This document shows, one piece after another, positions 61,637-64,000 of a DNA stretch of 64,000 nt. Every line of letters starts with the position of its first letter. Positions within the stretch are counted from its first letter, which is position 1. The notes beneath the pieces were generated by a model. That model saw only the letters and a list, made by a program, of their open reading frames with translations, did not search any database and was not told the DNA's origin. Made by a program: the position numbers and the translations under genes. The DNA comes from Amoebidium appalachense (lineage: Eukaryota > Protista > Ichthyosporea): positions 186,001-250,000 of the forward strand of contig CAVNZM010000006.1 in assembly GCA_963693365.1 (NCBI GenBank), written 5' to 3'.

Positions 61637-64000
61637 GGTTGCTGGTGTGACAGGTGGGGCCTACGTGTGTGTGAGAAAATAAAGTGCCTCGGGCTGTGGG
61701 CTCGTTATACTAAGCTGGATGGCAACAGACAAAAAGCATGTGAATGGCTGAAGGCCGGTTTGCTTGCCAGGCAACAGGTTGATTTGTGGGGAAGACACTA
61801 CAGTGCGACGCAAGTGGCTGCCTTTTGTAGCTGCTGTGCGGTGCGTGCTAATATGCATTGCTGGCAGGAACATGCACGCAATTAGCTGGCTTGCTGGCCC
61901 TAATGAGTGTAGCGTGCCCTGCTATGGTGGCTTATTACGCGCAGGTTTCCGACAGGCCACAGGATGGCAACCGCGTGACCTTTTGCTCGTTACCGTGTGT
62001 GGGTGCGCCTACTATCGCCCCGGGTTATATACCCGCCCCAGCTGGGACACGGGACACAGTTTTCTGATTGGCTCAGGCGGCTGCCTTTTTTTATCCCAGA
62101 AGTCATCTCGGTGGTCTGAGGGGAGATAGTGCCACTGCCAGGGGATTTGGCAGCAGGTTGCACGGTTATATTTGAGAAAAACAAACATTTGAATGTGTTG
62201 ATACAATTTTATTTTTTCTGAAGGAGAAACTGTTTTCTTTTCTCTTAGTAAGTAAAGTAGGTTCGATGACCTTTCACAGGTACTTACTTGGACCCGGCAA
62301 TCTCCACGGTAAGTGCCCGGAGCCAATCAAAAAGCGCCAACTCATTGACTCAATTGCCCAACTTGCCAACAACTTCAAGATGCCATAGATGAGATGGACA
62401 GCAACAAAGAGGTGACATGTTGTGTGAGTGTAGAACACAGCTGTACAATGTTACCTTGGCAATTATTTTTTAGGCCCGCGTAAAACGATATATATAGATA
62501 TTGGATTTTGCGTTGTTAGCTACAAACTATTCTCATGTCTGTGTCTGGCTAGATATGATGGAAAAACACCAACTACTAGTAGCCTATATGGCGAATATCG
62601 ATACGGTTAGACAATCTCGCTCCTATATAGATTCGTTTATTCATGATGTTGTGTCGTATAAATATGCAAAGATGATTATGTCTTGGCGTTGTTGGTGTCT
62701 CCTGCTCGTATGTGTAATATGTGTGGGGGGCGGTTTACTCGCGGATGCATATCTATCAATAAGTGTGACCTGTTAGCTAATGTGGTAGAACCGGAGGTTA
62801 TGGGCGGCTTCATTCTCTTTTCTACTTCTCTCCCCCAGTATATCCGTTATAAAATGACCGTGTTATATCACCTTATTAATGCTGCACACTATGATATTGT
62901 GATACGGTGTCTTAACTTTCGGAGCTACCAATGCTAGCTTCTGCATATCCATGATCTATACTAGGGTTGTTTTAATGCATACAGTGTATGTCACTGGCTG
63001 CATTTGATTGGCTGCGCTGGAAAACGCAGTAGGCCATCAAGTGAGGCTTGTAGGCCCCTGACGATGTTCGCAATACAAAGTGCATAAAAAAAAAATATAT
63101 ATATATATATATATATGATGGACCATTGGACATAGAAAAAATAGTAGAAAGCAGTGCTCTTAAAGTTCTTATTGGCTAGCTTATTCAGCCAATCATCTTG
63201 CCGCCGTTGCCAATCTAGAGATCGGGATGCTCGAAAAACAGATGTAGCTTATTGATAAATGCTGTATACTATGTAACTTAAGCAAACAAAAAATAGTAAA
63301 TACAAAGACAGAGGAGCACGCTGGAAACTGCATTTATATTCTGCAGCTGGATGTTCTCAACTACCTCACGGACCAAGGTGAGCTTAGCACAGCAGCCAGC
63401 CAATCATAATCTCCGTCTCGTGAGCCTAGGTGCTGTCCAATCAGCTTGCGGGCTCTCCGCCACTATCGCTTTCTCACAAGAAATAGTGCTTAGATCTTGG
63501 GTTCTTTGTGATTGTTTTTTAATTTACGAATCCGTTCAAATCAGACTCAAAATCCAAAAAAGAACATTACTAAAGTGTTTCTATCGTACTAATCTCCTGC
63601 AAAATAAACTAAAAAATAATATTATATATTTAAAACAATTTAAAAACAAAGTATAACACTTAAGATCATGAAATAATTAGACCTCATGCGTTTATAAGAT
63701 ATCTTTTAATACAAACTGAATTTCTGAACCCCCCAAATGTATTCGGGAGCCGTTGGGTTTGGGGAGCTGAGAAAAACAAAAGATCCAGATATTCGATTCC
63801 GAAAGACAGAGCAACCAATAGGAATCGGCAACCTGGGAAAATTACGTACTTGCAAATTGTAAGCGGCTTTCGTGAAATTCATGACCGTTAAAGGGCTCGG
63901 GACTCCTGCAATAGTAATAATGTAATAATAATAAATGTGTTTGGCATGACAAAATAGGCCCGTCTCCATCTTGCCACTTATTATTATAACGTGGGATATC

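Noticed and set aside
62400-64000. AT-rich ORFs and a possible DNA-transposon end
   Set aside because: No identifiable protein motifs or paired termini within the window.

Overview
Eukaryotic, intron-dense genomic DNA. Protein sequences and intron layout suggest a unicellular holozoan, possibly an ichthyosporean; this is inference only. Manual splicing (GT/GC-AG boundaries, phase-consistent, no stops) gives nine protein-coding genes. In order: the 3' part of the mitochondrial m-AAA protease AFG3L2 (+), Rab2 (+), JMJD6 (-), an intronless His-rich TPR protein (+), a 5'-nucleotidase III (-), an F-box protein fused to an XPA-like Zn-finger/DNA-binding domain (+), a disordered protein with an IQ-like motif and ASH (Cep192/Spd-2-like) domains (-), an unknown ~200-aa protein (-) and a small C2H2 Zn-finger protein (-). 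Introns are saturated with (GT)n/(CA)n, poly-G/poly-C and TGCACGTGCA palindromes, which generate almost all ORFs in the supplied track. The most notable signals are four: a dispersed ~100-150 bp sense-oriented intronic element, one copy of which starts at a GC splice donor; 3' splice sites that lack a polypyrimidine tract but carry RCTRAC branch points; minisatellites that duplicate splice acceptors; and a TSD-flanked retroposon-like insert with a GAAA-tetraloop hairpin. The right ~16 kb is gene-poorer, with AT-rich stretches and probable transposon remnants. No rRNA, tRNA or CRISPR array was found.
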